From Candidatus Obscuribacterales bacterium (GTDB taxonomy: Bacteria; Cyanobacteriota; Vampirovibrionia; Obscuribacterales; Obscuribacteraceae): a stretch of 64,000 nt of DNA. Within the stretch, counting starts at the first letter, position 1. Each line of letters starts with the position of its first letter. The stretch is from contig CBDDIJ010000002.1 in assembly GCA_965228855.1 (NCBI GenBank), forward strand, positions 768,001-832,000. Direction: 5' to 3'. The notes beneath the pieces were generated by a model. That model was given only the letters and a program-made list of their open reading frames with translations, ran no database searches and was not told the origin of the DNA. This document shows positions 9,672-19,402 of the stretch, one piece after another. A program made the position numbers and the translations under genes.

Positions 9672-10088
9672 TTAGCGCTTCGGCATCCGCACAGGCAGCC
9701 AGGTGCGGCCCTTCCAGGGCACTTCACCGACCAGCGTGGCGCCGCCAAAGGCGAGCGAGAACGTCACCAGAGCAGCACCGAACCCGCTCGTGACAGAGAG
9801 CGAGCCAATCAGCAGCGACGCCAGTCCGACGCCCAGCCACGAGCCCAGGATGAAGCACAGATACTGAACGACGCGTCCGGTCTGCATGAGTCCGAGAACC
9901 GCGCGCAGAGCGATCGTGACGCCGAGACCGAAGAACATGCCCGTGACGCCGATGATGGCGGCAGCCATGATACCGGTCAGCAGACTGCCGGCTGACACGC
10001 CGACGCCGAGCAGCAGCGTGATTGCGGCAGCCGCGATGAAGTAGCCGTTCATCAGGAGGAAGTGTCGGCTCTTGAATGCGTGACCCAT
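9672..10088 (-). CDS. Small Gly-rich multi-pass membrane protein
   Basis: About 4-5 hydrophobic segments; RBS AAGGA. Confidence 0.75.
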   Translation of the reverse strand: MGHAFKSRHFLLMNGYFIAAAAITLLLGVGVSAGSLLTGIMAAAIIGVTGMFFGLGVTIALRAVLGLMQTGRVVQYLCFILGSWLGVGLASLLIGSLSVTSGFGAALVTFSLAFGGATLVGEVPWKGRTWLPVRMPKR

Positions 10089-10115
10089 TGGGTTTCCTTA
10101 GTTGTTGAAGGTTGC

Positions 10116-10652
10116 TCAGGCTTGCGGAACCGTCAGATTGACTCCGTTGAGAGACACAGCCTTGGCAACAAATTCACCGATTCGCTGACGAATGGTATCG
10201 TCCGCGATGGCACCGCTCTGAAAAGCGGTCCTGTCCGCATAAACGAAACGTGGAATGACGAGGCAACGAAAGTCCAACATCAGACTGTTTGCGAGCCCCA
10301 TCACAGACATGTAACTAGACCGACCGCCGGCAGCGCAGAGAAAACCAACCGTCTTTTCCGTCCAGCCTTCGCCGGTCAGTTCGACAAGGTTTTTCGCCGC
10401 AGCGCCGACGTCGTAGTTATAAATCGGCACGGCAAGAAGGATGCACGAAGCTTCCCTGACTTTATCCGTGACCTTTTTGACGCTAGACCGACTGTAAGCA
10501 GCCGCACCGTCGCACAGGGGAAGTTTGACCTTTCGCAGGTCGAGAAACTCCACTACCTGACCGGCAGCCACCAGTTGCGCTTCGGTCTCACGAGCAAGCA
10601 GATAGCTTTTGCTATCGGGGTTGAGGCTGGTGCTTATTACCAGGTAGGACAT
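10116..10652 (-). CDS. NADPH-dependent FMN reductase (SsuE/ChrR-like flavodoxin fold)
   Basis: STSLNPDSKS, AVPIYNYDVGAAAKNLVE, AAGG motifs. Confidence 0.88.
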   Translation of the reverse strand: MSYLVISTSLNPDSKSYLLARETEAQLVAAGQVVEFLDLRKVKLPLCDGAAAYSRSSVKKVTDKVREASCILLAVPIYNYDVGAAAKNLVELTGEGWTEKTVGFLCAAGGRSSYMSVMGLANSLMLDFRCLVIPRFVYADRTAFQSGAIADDTIRQRIGEFVAKAVSLNGVNLTVPQA

Positions 10653-11518
10653 TCGTTTGTTTCCTTTCCGCTCTTAATCTGTGTCTTGAACGCGTCGAGG
10701 ACGGTCATCTCTCAGATTACCCGAAGGCAATCAAAGATTTGCAAAAACGAGATAGGCGGGGTTTAGAAGTCTTGAGACACAAAGATATAAGAGCGTAAGA
10801 ACTGTGCGACTTTAGAGCAACAGAGACCTCCGATTCCCACTTGAAAAGCCATTTGGTTCAAAACCGTTCACGCCGGCCGTCATGCCCGGAAACAAGGTCT
10901 TTGTTTCTGTTTCAGGCGCTCTGCGCGAATTAGCGCTAGGAATATTACGCGCGATTAACTCGGAAGCAACTAGCCTCGCTAGCGGACGTCTCCTCAAGGC
11001 TATGACACTTGCTAGATTAACCTGCGCTAACCTCGCAAAGCATTTCCGCGCGGAATTAATCTGTCCTTTGCTTGTTCAGGAACTAAATATTCAAAGGCTT
11101 AACCTCGAAAGCTTTCCTAAACGCTCAATGAGTAGGTGTTTCGGGCGCGTGGTTATTTTATTAAACGCATTTGATTTTTGATACATAAGACCCCTAGGTT
11201 GAAAAGTATCATCGCGTTTCAATTTCACTCAGGAATTTCCAAACCAACCCACACCCGCAACTGTAAGCCTGGTTTCGAGCTACTCGAATTGCGCATCTGC
11301 GTAAACCAGCATGTACGTCCGTGAGTTGCCTGGCTGTTTCTGCGTGAACGATGTTCGTTCGGTGGGATGGGTCCTGTCGCACGTCGCCTCTCGAAGTCGT
11401 TTCGATTGGCGGTTCTTACCCATGCGCGTGAAACCGGTTGCTTCAGCTTCCGGGAGATTCGCGTGCGTTTTTTAACCCGTGGACGCAATCGCGCCACACA
11501 AACACAAAGGTGATTACC

Positions 11519-12559
11519 ATGGCTATGACTCGCACTCTCGACGGTTTCGTTCCGGCTTACCTGCTCCAGCAGGCCGCCATCCTGAACCCCAACAACACCT
11601 CGCTGATCGACTCGATCGGCATCACCCAGCGCCTCTCCATCGCTGGTCGCACTCCCCTGCATCCGGCTCTGCGCCTGGCTGTTCTGGCTCCCGGCCAGGG
11701 CGACCGCCGCATCTTCGACTGCAAGGGCCTGGAGCGTCTCCCGGGCGACAAGGCTCGTCACGAGGGCGACGGCGAATACGCCGCTTTCCCGCTCGTCAAC
11801 GACGCCTACCAGTTCCACGGTGACGTTCGCCGCTTCCTGCTCGAGGTCCTCAAGCGCAACTCGCTCGACGGCAAGGGTCTCGACCTGATCGGCAGCTGCA
11901 ACTACGGCAAGGGCTACAACAACGCGTTCTTCAACCAGCGCCAGATGGTCTACGGCAACGGTGACGGCGTCATCTTCGCCAAGTTCATCATCCGCTCGGT
12001 CATCGGTCACGAGATGGCGCACGGCGTGACGCACCACACCTCCGGCCTGGAATACCAGGACGAGAGCGGTGCGCTCAACGAGCACTTCTCGGACGTCATC
12101 GGCGTTCTGGTCGACCAGTTCTGCGACAACGTCACCTCGGCCGCGCACCACTGGCTGGTCGGCCCGGGCCTCTTCACCGACCAGGTGAAGGGCAAGGCGC
12201 TGCGCAGCATGATCGAGCCGGGCACCGCCTACGACGATCCGAAGCTCGGCAAGGACCGTCAGCCGGCGCACATGAAGGACAAGTTCGAGGGCTGGGCCGA
12301 CAACGGCGGCGTGCACATCAACTCGGGCATCCCGAACCGCGCCTTCGCACTGTTCGCCAAGGCCGTCGGCGGCTACGCTTTCGAGCGCCCGCTCGCGATC
12401 TGGTACGCCACCAACTGCGGCGAAGACCGTGTCGGCGCCAACGCTTCCTTCCAGGACTTCGCGGACAAGACCATGGTGCACTGCGCCACGATCGCTCCCC
12501 GCCAGAAGAACAACCTGAAGGAAGCCTGGGGTGAAGTCGGCATCACCGTCGCCGGCTAA
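11519..12559 (+). CDS. M4-family metallopeptidase, protealysin-like
   Basis: YNNAFFN, HEMAHGV, ESGALNEHFSD, DNGGVHINSGIPN; short propeptide with FVPAYLL and no signal peptide. Confidence 0.93.
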   Translation: MAMTRTLDGFVPAYLLQQAAILNPNNTSLIDSIGITQRLSIAGRTPLHPALRLAVLAPGQGDRRIFDCKGLERLPGDKARHEGDGEYAAFPLVNDAYQFHGDVRRFLLEVLKRNSLDGKGLDLIGSCNYGKGYNNAFFNQRQMVYGNGDGVIFAKFIIRSVIGHEMAHGVTHHTSGLEYQDESGALNEHFSDVIGVLVDQFCDNVTSAAHHWLVGPGLFTDQVKGKALRSMIEPGTAYDDPKLGKDRQPAHMKDKFEGWADNGGVHINSGIPNRAFALFAKAVGGYAFERPLAIWYATNCGEDRVGANASFQDFADKTMVHCATIAPRQKNNLKEAWGEVGITVAG

Positions 12560-12576
12560 CGCTCGCGACTGACTGC

Positions 12577-12617
12577 GAGAGGGGCAAAGTCCAAACGGAC
12601 CTAGCCCCTCTCCTTTT
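12577..12617 (+). terminator. Rho-independent terminator
   Basis: GAGAGGGGC...GCCCCTCTC followed by TTTT. Confidence 0.75.
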
Positions 12618-12628
12618 CCCGAATTAGT

Positions 12629-12781
12629 CTACTATAGAATACAGTCTAAGCATATCATCCAAAAGCCCCGCCCAGTGATGGTTTAAGCCCCTCCAGACCC
12701 AAGTACTCTGCGCCAAAAATCTGATTTGTCTATCCACCAATGACGCAATTGCGAAATTCCGTCGCTCTCCGATAGACAGAC
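12629..12781. repeat. Copy E of the dispersed element (right end not recognisable)
   Basis: CTACTA at 12629; core TGTCTATC...GACG-N14-CGTC...GATAGACA at 12727-12778. Confidence 0.7.
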
Positions 12782-12946
12782 TCAAAGGCATTGGATAAAG
12801 AGACTGAGGGGCAATAAGCGGTGCACCGGTTGTAAATTGGCGAATTATTTTTCCGCCCGACAACCAGCTAGCGAAACCAAGAAAACGGCACTAGGACACC
12901 AGTGAACTGCTTTCTTGAAGAGAGAATCTGGTTCGCCCACACCGAC

Positions 12947-13624
12947 TTACAAAAATTCCTTCGGCAGCGAATCAAACTGCCCCGACAGCGTGAAGCGATC
13001 ATCCTTCGGATGCTCACCAAGCGCATCGGACAACCTCTCATCCGGCAGCGGTTTGTACGTGACTCGAAAAGAATTTTTCTCAGCAGAGTCTTTCAGATAA
13101 GTGGCGTAGTCATCGCGAATTTGCTCGACTTCCGGATGCTCCAAACCCAATTTCGCGGATTTGATATACATCGCTTGCTGGTAGAAAACGCCCGCCTCAT
13201 CCACCTTCCGCCAGGCATGATAGAGCAACGCGGCGTTGTGCGTAATCGTTCCCGTATCCAAATGGTCCTGCCCAAGACGACGGCGATAGAGTTGCAAAAG
13301 CCTCATCATTACAGGCGCTCCATAATGATATCTGCGGCTACGATAGTAAATTTGCGAAAGAAGCTCCAGCGTAATGCCAACACGTTGGTCGTCTCGGTCA
13401 TACGATTCAGCAATCTCTAAAGCACGAAGACCCGCATGTTCAGCCTCGTCCAGCTTATCGTCCTTAATACACTGTTCAGTCTCAAGAACGTACTTCTGCC
13501 AACGAGCATTGCGCTGCTCCTCGGTTTCATCCACGAAAAAAGGGGCGGCGTCACCATCGCCTGGACGTGAGCCAGCAGGTGAAACACCTTTGTATTCGCC
13601 GGACTGACTTGTGACCTCACTCAT
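12947..13624 (-). CDS. Tetratricopeptide-repeat protein (kinesin-light-chain-like repeats)
   Basis: LGQDHLDTG...NAALLY and LGLEHPEV repeats. Confidence 0.8.
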   Translation of the reverse strand: MSEVTSQSGEYKGVSPAGSRPGDGDAAPFFVDETEEQRNARWQKYVLETEQCIKDDKLDEAEHAGLRALEIAESYDRDDQRVGITLELLSQIYYRSRRYHYGAPVMMRLLQLYRRRLGQDHLDTGTITHNAALLYHAWRKVDEAGVFYQQAMYIKSAKLGLEHPEVEQIRDDYATYLKDSAEKNSFRVTYKPLPDERLSDALGEHPKDDRFTLSGQFDSLPKEFL

Positions 13625-14206
13625 TTATAGCCGCATTTCTTTGTTTGCCAAAACCGCACACACCGGATGAACAATCCGATTCCGCCCGAAGGCTCGGATA
13701 TTTTACAGCAACAATCGTCGCCAGTTCGTATTCGAAACACCAACAAAGAAATCCAGGAGTAAGATTCCAAGAGATGCATCAATCCCATCCTAACATCCGC
13801 CACATAGCGCGACACCTTGGCAAGTAAACCGATCGTGGCGTCCCGCTTGCCTTTCCAGCCTCTTAGACTCAAGACTCATATTTTTACGCGGTCTTGATTA
13901 CGATGGTCCCAAAGGCGCATTATCGAGAAATCGTTTGTCCCATGCTTGCTTTCACAGGATTGTCTTAGACCACCTATTCCAGCCTGTTTCCAAACTCGTG
14001 CACCTCAACAAGATTGTGAGCCGAGTCAAACCGCATGTGCAACGAAAACGAACCTGCGAAACAGCCAAGAACGTCGCTCCGTCCCGTTACTTGCTGGTTT
14101 TCGCCTGCCCGCCTCAAAGCACCGGTTCGCATTCCAAAGTCGGCAGACCTATCCGTCCGCCGCCCCGTGGCCCAAAAACCACGAGACTGAATCAAGGAGC
14201 CAAATC

Positions 14207-14584
14207 ATGTTCTGGACACTTGCTATTGTCCTCGTGCTCGCCGCCCTCGCAATCGTCGAAAACCGACGACTGAACAAGAAGGACGAGGCCGTGCTTCGAC
14301 ACACCATCGAAGTCAACCTCGGCATTCTGAAAGGCGAGCTCGAAAGATTGGCGCCGCTTGCGAAGTCTCTGCCCGCCGACGATCAAGCCGAAGCCGACAA
14401 ACTCCTGTCGCGCTCCCGCACAATCGTCTCCGACGTCGAACCCCGCATTGCGACTGCCCCTCGCCGCGAGCTAGGAAGAATCCTGCGCGACGTCTTTTCG
14501 GCAATGAATACATCCACCGAGCTGCACAAGCTGCTCGCGAAGTATTCACTCGTGCCGACAATCGAAGACATGCCTCTCGAGTAA
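14207..14584 (+). CDS. Hypothetical protein with N-terminal TM anchor
   Basis: RBS AAGGAG, then MFWTLAIVLVLAALAIV; C/G-ending codon bias. Confidence 0.75.
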   Translation: MFWTLAIVLVLAALAIVENRRLNKKDEAVLRHTIEVNLGILKGELERLAPLAKSLPADDQAEADKLLSRSRTIVSDVEPRIATAPRRELGRILRDVFSAMNTSTELHKLLAKYSLVPTIEDMPLE

Positions 14585-14678
14585 CAGTCCGAGCCTGCCT
14601 TCGAGCCTGAGTCTTTGGTAGCTTGTCGTCAAACGATGACGCCTGGCAATCACTACTCTCAAACATCAACCAAAGACG

Positions 14679-14717
14679 GTAGCGGGGTGGGAAGCCATTC
14701 TCACCCTTGCTACTTTT
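14679..14717 (+). terminator. Rho-independent terminator
   Basis: GTAGCGGGGTGGGAA...TTCTCACCCTTGCTAC followed by TTTT. Confidence 0.75.
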
Positions 14718-14727
14718 CCTTCAACAT

Positions 14728-14965
14728 CTACTATACGCAGGCGTGATTCACCCTTCACCGAAAGGACGAAGTCAGCGGGGTTTCAACTGTTTTCGCTTCG
14801 TAGGTGGTCAGCAAAAACAAGGGTTTGGCTACGACAAAGCGACGGTTTCTTCGAATTTCGTCTACGTGTCGTAGACACGATGCGTCCTCTCCACTTCCAG
14901 AACAGACTAAAAGCTCGCTCCTGAAACCCTTTTGAGTAATTCAGTATCCCGATACTATCTAGTAG
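14728..14965. repeat. Copy B of the dispersed element (238 bp)
   Basis: Left end CTACTA-N8-CGTGAT; core 14823-14877; right end ATCCCGATACTATCTAGTAG (inverted terminal motif). Confidence 0.8.
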
Positions 14966-15058
14966 ACATGTTCAGGGATCGTGACATAGTGGCGAAGCAA
15001 GGCTGCCCGACAAGTCTATTGAGATACAATACCGATCCCCAGCCATAAAGATATAACC

Positions 15059-16993
15059 ATGATCAAAACGGACTTCCTCACTGAATTTGACGTGCATCTC
15101 TTCTCCGAGGGCTCGCATTACCGCCTCTACGACAAGATGGGCGCTCATGTCATCGAGCAGGACGGTCAGGTCGGCACGCACTTCGCCGTCTGGGCGCCAA
15201 GCGCAGAGCGAATCTCCGTTGTCGGAGACTTCAATGAGTGGCGCGCAGGCGCCAATCCGATGACCCAGGTCGGTCAATCCGGACTCTGGACGACATTCAT
15301 TCCAGGCGTCAAAAGCGGTTTCGCTTACAAATATCATGTAACCCCAAACAACGGACAACCGCCCTCAGAGCGGTCCGACCCGTTTGGCTTCTACGCTGAG
15401 GTTCGACCAAAAACCGCCTCACTCGTTTGGAATCTAGACCAATACAAGTGGCAAGATAAGGCTTGGATGGAGAAGCGGAAAAACCGAAACGCGCTCGATG
15501 CGCCGATTTCCGTATACGAAGTCCATCTGGGCTCCTGGATGCGAGTTCCCGAGGAAGAAAATCGCTGGCTCACTTACAGAGAGCTCGCTGACAAACTCAC
15601 TGCTTACGTCAAAGAAATGGGTTTCACACACGTCGAATTCCTGCCCATCGGCGAGCATCCACTCGATATTTCATGGGGCTATCAGCCGATCGGCTATTTC
15701 TCACCAACCAGCCGTTTCGGCACACCGGACGACTTGATGTACCTGATCGATCAATTACACCAGAACGACATTGGGGTTCTCGTTGACTGGGTGCCCGCTC
15801 ACTTTCCCAAAGACGGGCATGGATTGGGCATGTTCGACGGCACGCATTTGTACGAACACGCCGACCCGCGCCAGGGCGAACACAAAGAATGGGGCACCTA
15901 CATTTTCAACTACGGTCGCTACGAAGTTGATGAATACTTGACCTCCAACGCATTCTTCTGGCTGGACAAATACCACATCGATGGTCTGCGCGTCGACGCC
16001 GTCGCCTCGATGATCTACCTGGACTACGGCCGCAAGGACGGCGAGTGGATCGCGAACCCATACGGTGGTCGCGAAAATATCGAAGCGTTGAATTTCTTGC
16101 GCAAACTGAACGAGCGCATCTATTCCAATTACCCGGACGTGATGACGATCGCAGAAGAATCAACAGCCTGGCCATTAGTGTCGAAACCGACATACATTGG
16201 CGGTCTCGGTTTTCATCAAAAATGGGATATGGGATGGATGCACGACGTGCTCGAGTACATGGCGCATGAACCGATTCACCGCAAATATCACCACGACAAA
16301 CTGACTTTCCGCGGTTTATATGCATTCTCGGAGAACTTCATTCTGCCTCTTTCTCACGATGAAGTTGTGTACGGAAAACGCTCACTTCTAAACAAAATGC
16401 CGGGCGACGAATGGCAGCAGTTCGCGAATTTGCGCCTGCTGTTTGGTTTCATGTACACCACACCCGCTAAAAAATTGCTGTTCATGGGCGGCGAGTTCGG
16501 ACAATGGAATGAATGGAACAGCGCAGTCAGCCTCGATTGGCATCTTTTGAACAACCATTTGAACAAGGGCGTTCAAAACTGGATGCGCGATCTAAACCAC
16601 CTCTATTCCGACGAACCCGCTATGCACGAACAAGATTGCGTCGGACACGGCTTCGAGTGGATTGATTGCAGCGACGTCGAACAAAGCATAATCTGTTTCT
16701 TGCGAATAGCGAAAGATCCGGAAGACGTTCTCATGGTTGTCTGCAACTTCACACCCGTGGTGCGCCACGACTACCAAGTTGGCGTTCCCTTTGGCGGCTA
16801 TTGGAAGGAAGTTCTAAACAGCGATAGCACCGTCTATGGTGGCAGCGGCGTCGGCAACTACGGCGGCAAAGATGCATATGACGGAAACGTCCACGGCAAA
16901 CCGCACGGTCTGTCGTTGACGTTACCGCCTCTCGGAATGCTCGTTTTCAAACCAGAAAGCAAACCGGCCAAAACGATCGAAAAGAAGAAATAA
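15059..16993 (+). CDS. glgB: 1,4-alpha-glucan branching enzyme
   Basis: FAVWAP, YEVHLGSW, SWGYQ, DWVPAHFP, GLRVDAVASM, AEEST, LSHDEVV. Confidence 0.97.
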   Translation: MIKTDFLTEFDVHLFSEGSHYRLYDKMGAHVIEQDGQVGTHFAVWAPSAERISVVGDFNEWRAGANPMTQVGQSGLWTTFIPGVKSGFAYKYHVTPNNGQPPSERSDPFGFYAEVRPKTASLVWNLDQYKWQDKAWMEKRKNRNALDAPISVYEVHLGSWMRVPEEENRWLTYRELADKLTAYVKEMGFTHVEFLPIGEHPLDISWGYQPIGYFSPTSRFGTPDDLMYLIDQLHQNDIGVLVDWVPAHFPKDGHGLGMFDGTHLYEHADPRQGEHKEWGTYIFNYGRYEVDEYLTSNAFFWLDKYHIDGLRVDAVASMIYLDYGRKDGEWIANPYGGRENIEALNFLRKLNERIYSNYPDVMTIAEESTAWPLVSKPTYIGGLGFHQKWDMGWMHDVLEYMAHEPIHRKYHHDKLTFRGLYAFSENFILPLSHDEVVYGKRSLLNKMPGDEWQQFANLRLLFGFMYTTPAKKLLFMGGEFGQWNEWNSAVSLDWHLLNNHLNKGVQNWMRDLNHLYSDEPAMHEQDCVGHGFEWIDCSDVEQSIICFLRIAKDPEDVLMVVCNFTPVVRHDYQVGVPFGGYWKEVLNSDSTVYGGSGVGNYGGKDAYDGNVHGKPHGLSLTLPPLGMLVFKPESKPAKTIEKKK

Positions 16994-17052
16994 GCTCTTC
17001 ATTCGTTCATACACTTGCACTACAGCAGCGATGATGAAGTCGCGATGTCTTC

Positions 17053-17604
17053 CTATTTGACGAGTTGATATGCAGAGGAAAAAACCTTCGCCTTCCCGTC
17101 TCTAAGCACCGTCACGTCAGCTGTTAGCTTGTCGTCCGTTCTCTTGTAGTGAATGGTGACAGTGTCTTTGCTTCGATTTTGAAAAGTCGCCTCATTCTTC
17201 GCGACCTTGATCAAACTAAGATCACCTGGTTCAGCCTGCTCATCCCATGGAACAAAGCCGTTCTTAAAATGCTTGATCCGCATCACCAGCCCGTTTCCAC
17301 CCTTTAAAATCGCAATCAATTCATAGAGCGTAGATTTTGAACTTTGTACCGAATGGCAATGCCCGACAATACTGTCGCCCTCAACGCTGCCCCAGATTTC
17401 TTCGGTCGTTTCATCACCATCGGTAGCGCGCCACTTTCCAGTGAGAAAAGACATTTGTTCGATACTTGCCTTAGCGAACTCCGCCAAGTTCCCTTTAGCG
17501 CCGCCATGCGACCCGCTCGCCTTTTGAGCACTATCCGCTCGACACTCACCGCAATACAGAAGAAAAACGATTGCCGCCAAGAAAAAAGAAACTGATTTGT
17601 TCAT
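17053..17604 (-). CDS. Secreted beta-barrel hypothetical protein (DUF6265-like)
   Basis: Signal peptide; FLTGKW...EEIW...MRIKHF pattern. Confidence 0.65.
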   Translation of the reverse strand: MNKSVSFFLAAIVFLLYCGECRADSAQKASGSHGGAKGNLAEFAKASIEQMSFLTGKWRATDGDETTEEIWGSVEGDSIVGHCHSVQSSKSTLYELIAILKGGNGLVMRIKHFKNGFVPWDEQAEPGDLSLIKVAKNEATFQNRSKDTVTIHYKRTDDKLTADVTVLRDGKAKVFSSAYQLVK

Positions 17605-17744
17605 GTCAATCCCATCCAACAAGAGACTGTCGAGCATCGCAGTACAGCACACACGCTCCGGAAAAGAGTACCACTCCACTCAGAAAAATGAGCGGCTTAA
17701 TACATAAGATCGTGCCTGCTTGAACCAGAATAAACTTTTGCCCT

Positions 17745-18065
17745 TTATGGGTCAGGCAAACAACATCCATACGCCCTGCCGTTAAATGCGCCGACTATAC
17801 CACCGGCACCGTTTCCACATCCGCCGTGACAGCTCAGCGCCTTCTGAGTACACGGACAATGCCGTCCCGCATCGCAGCAAGTACTGCGATCGATTTCGTA
17901 TTCAGCCGACTTCTCTGCAGCACCATAGAAATAGCCAGCACAAGCACACAGGCTAATGCTCGCCATTCCGATTACCAGCCAGCTGGAATTGACGCGCTTA
18001 GGAAACGATAAGAGGCGATTTCGGTGCATGCAACAAACCTCCGCGAAACTAGTTCGCAGCAGCAA
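17745..18065 (-). CDS. Small Cys/Gly-rich hypothetical protein (start uncertain)
   Basis: TM-like segment followed by CC..C.C..C...C...CC. Confidence 0.4.
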   Translation of the reverse strand: MLLRTSFAEVCCMHRNRLLSFPKRVNSSWLVIGMASISLCACAGYFYGAAEKSAEYEIDRSTCCDAGRHCPCTQKALSCHGGCGNGAGGIVGAFNGRAYGCCLPDP

Positions 18066-18220
18066 AAGGTTGGTGGTGGTAGTCTAGTAAAAGAGCCGCG
18101 AAATGCTGCTCCGAACTAATTTAGTTCAACTTTTACGCTCGCAAAACAGGAAAAACCCTGACGCACTTCGGCACTCTCTCTTCGGTCTTAAGGTAGAAAG
18201 AAACTCATAACCATAACAGC

Positions 18221-18697
18221 ATGAACCTTCCCAAGATCATGACTCTATCAGCCCTCCCCGATTCGCTTCTCCAAAGGATGCTGGACCACTCGCGCTCCCA
18301 CGACCTCGTTCAAAACGGGAAGGATTCGACCCCACTGACACGACTGCCAGAGCGAAGTGTATTGGCGCGATTAACCGACTGGATCGAGATTTCAACTGAG
18401 GAACTCTGGTTTCTCCAGCATACACTGAACTTTCGTCAGGTGCTCCGAATGTCCGAGCTCAGTAAATTCATACTCTTACAGAGCAGAGACCACATCTTAG
18501 AGAAATTGGTATTCGCACAAAAACAAACCTGGAAACTTGAAGCGGAACTCCAAACGCTTCAACAGATAGAGGACGACTTCGATTTTACCCATCGCGAGCG
18601 GCTGAATGACGTCAAACTTGAGCTCGGCAAATTCCAGGCCCAAACAGTCGTTCTGCAAGAGGCCCTTGATGCAAAGAATTCTCCCCCTCATTTTTAG
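18221..18697 (+). CDS. Hypothetical protein with coiled-coil C-terminus
   Basis: 158-aa ORF with a heptad pattern. Confidence 0.6.
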   Translation: MNLPKIMTLSALPDSLLQRMLDHSRSHDLVQNGKDSTPLTRLPERSVLARLTDWIEISTEELWFLQHTLNFRQVLRMSELSKFILLQSRDHILEKLVFAQKQTWKLEAELQTLQQIEDDFDFTHRERLNDVKLELGKFQAQTVVLQEALDAKNSPPHF

Positions 18698-18709
18698 GAT
18701 GGTTGATGA

Positions 18710-19084
18710 ATGATAGCTGATTTTTCTACCGTCAGAAACGACTTTGAGGCTCGTCTGCGCTTTCGCTCTGCCACGGAAGGTGGTCGACAAACGTGTAGGT
18801 TAACTCAGGGGTATCGCTGCGATTTTTCTTACAAGGATAAGCTCGATGATATATTTATGATCTGGCCAGTCTTCCTGGATTCTTCTGGTGAACCCCTGTC
18901 AGAAGGAGCAGAGGTTTTTACAAACAAGGAAGTAAACGCTCGAATGGTTATCATCAACGATGATCTTCGAGTAACCTTGCATCGCGAGAGGATCAATGAG
19001 GGAGTCGAATTCGTGCTCCGCGAATGCAGTCGCATTGTCGCTGATGGCGTCGTAACCAAAATCGTCGAGCTTCCTAATGATTGA
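18710..19084 (+). CDS. Stand-alone EF-Tu domain III-like protein
   Basis: FEARLRF..ATEGGRQT...GYRCDF...EGVEFVLRECSRIVADGVVTKI resembles the EF-Tu C-terminal barrel. Confidence 0.75.
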   Translation: MIADFSTVRNDFEARLRFRSATEGGRQTCRLTQGYRCDFSYKDKLDDIFMIWPVFLDSSGEPLSEGAEVFTNKEVNARMVIINDDLRVTLHRERINEGVEFVLRECSRIVADGVVTKIVELPND

Positions 19085-19402
19085 GTCTTACAGGCAGGAG
19101 GTACTTAAACCGTCGACGCTAACGTACAGGCCGACAGTTTTCCGGCGACTCAACCTTATTTTGGCTGTGGCGCGTGGAAATTGATGGAAAACTCTTTTCG
19201 GAAACGGTATCGCCCTTTCAGGCTTCCGAGCCTCGCATTGAACGTTTCGGTTGCACAGATTGTGGTACCGCCGGAGATGGCACTGCTTCTAAACCGCAAA
19301 TTCCTGGCTAGATATCGGGATCCGCAATCGATCGGGCTTTCTCATCGATTTCCGAAACGTTACGACAACAAGGCGAAGGATCAACTGTCTCTCAGGAGCA
19401 AA

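Noticed and set aside
13946..14206. N-terminal extensions in the ORF track (also 11438, 42730, 55306, 61587, 26609)
   Set aside because: Downstream ATGs fit better with the RBS, signal peptide or onset of homology.
14823..14877. Palindrome as a classical integron attC site
   Set aside because: No RYYYAAC...GTTRRRY ends, no integrase in the window, and the genes carry their own terminators.
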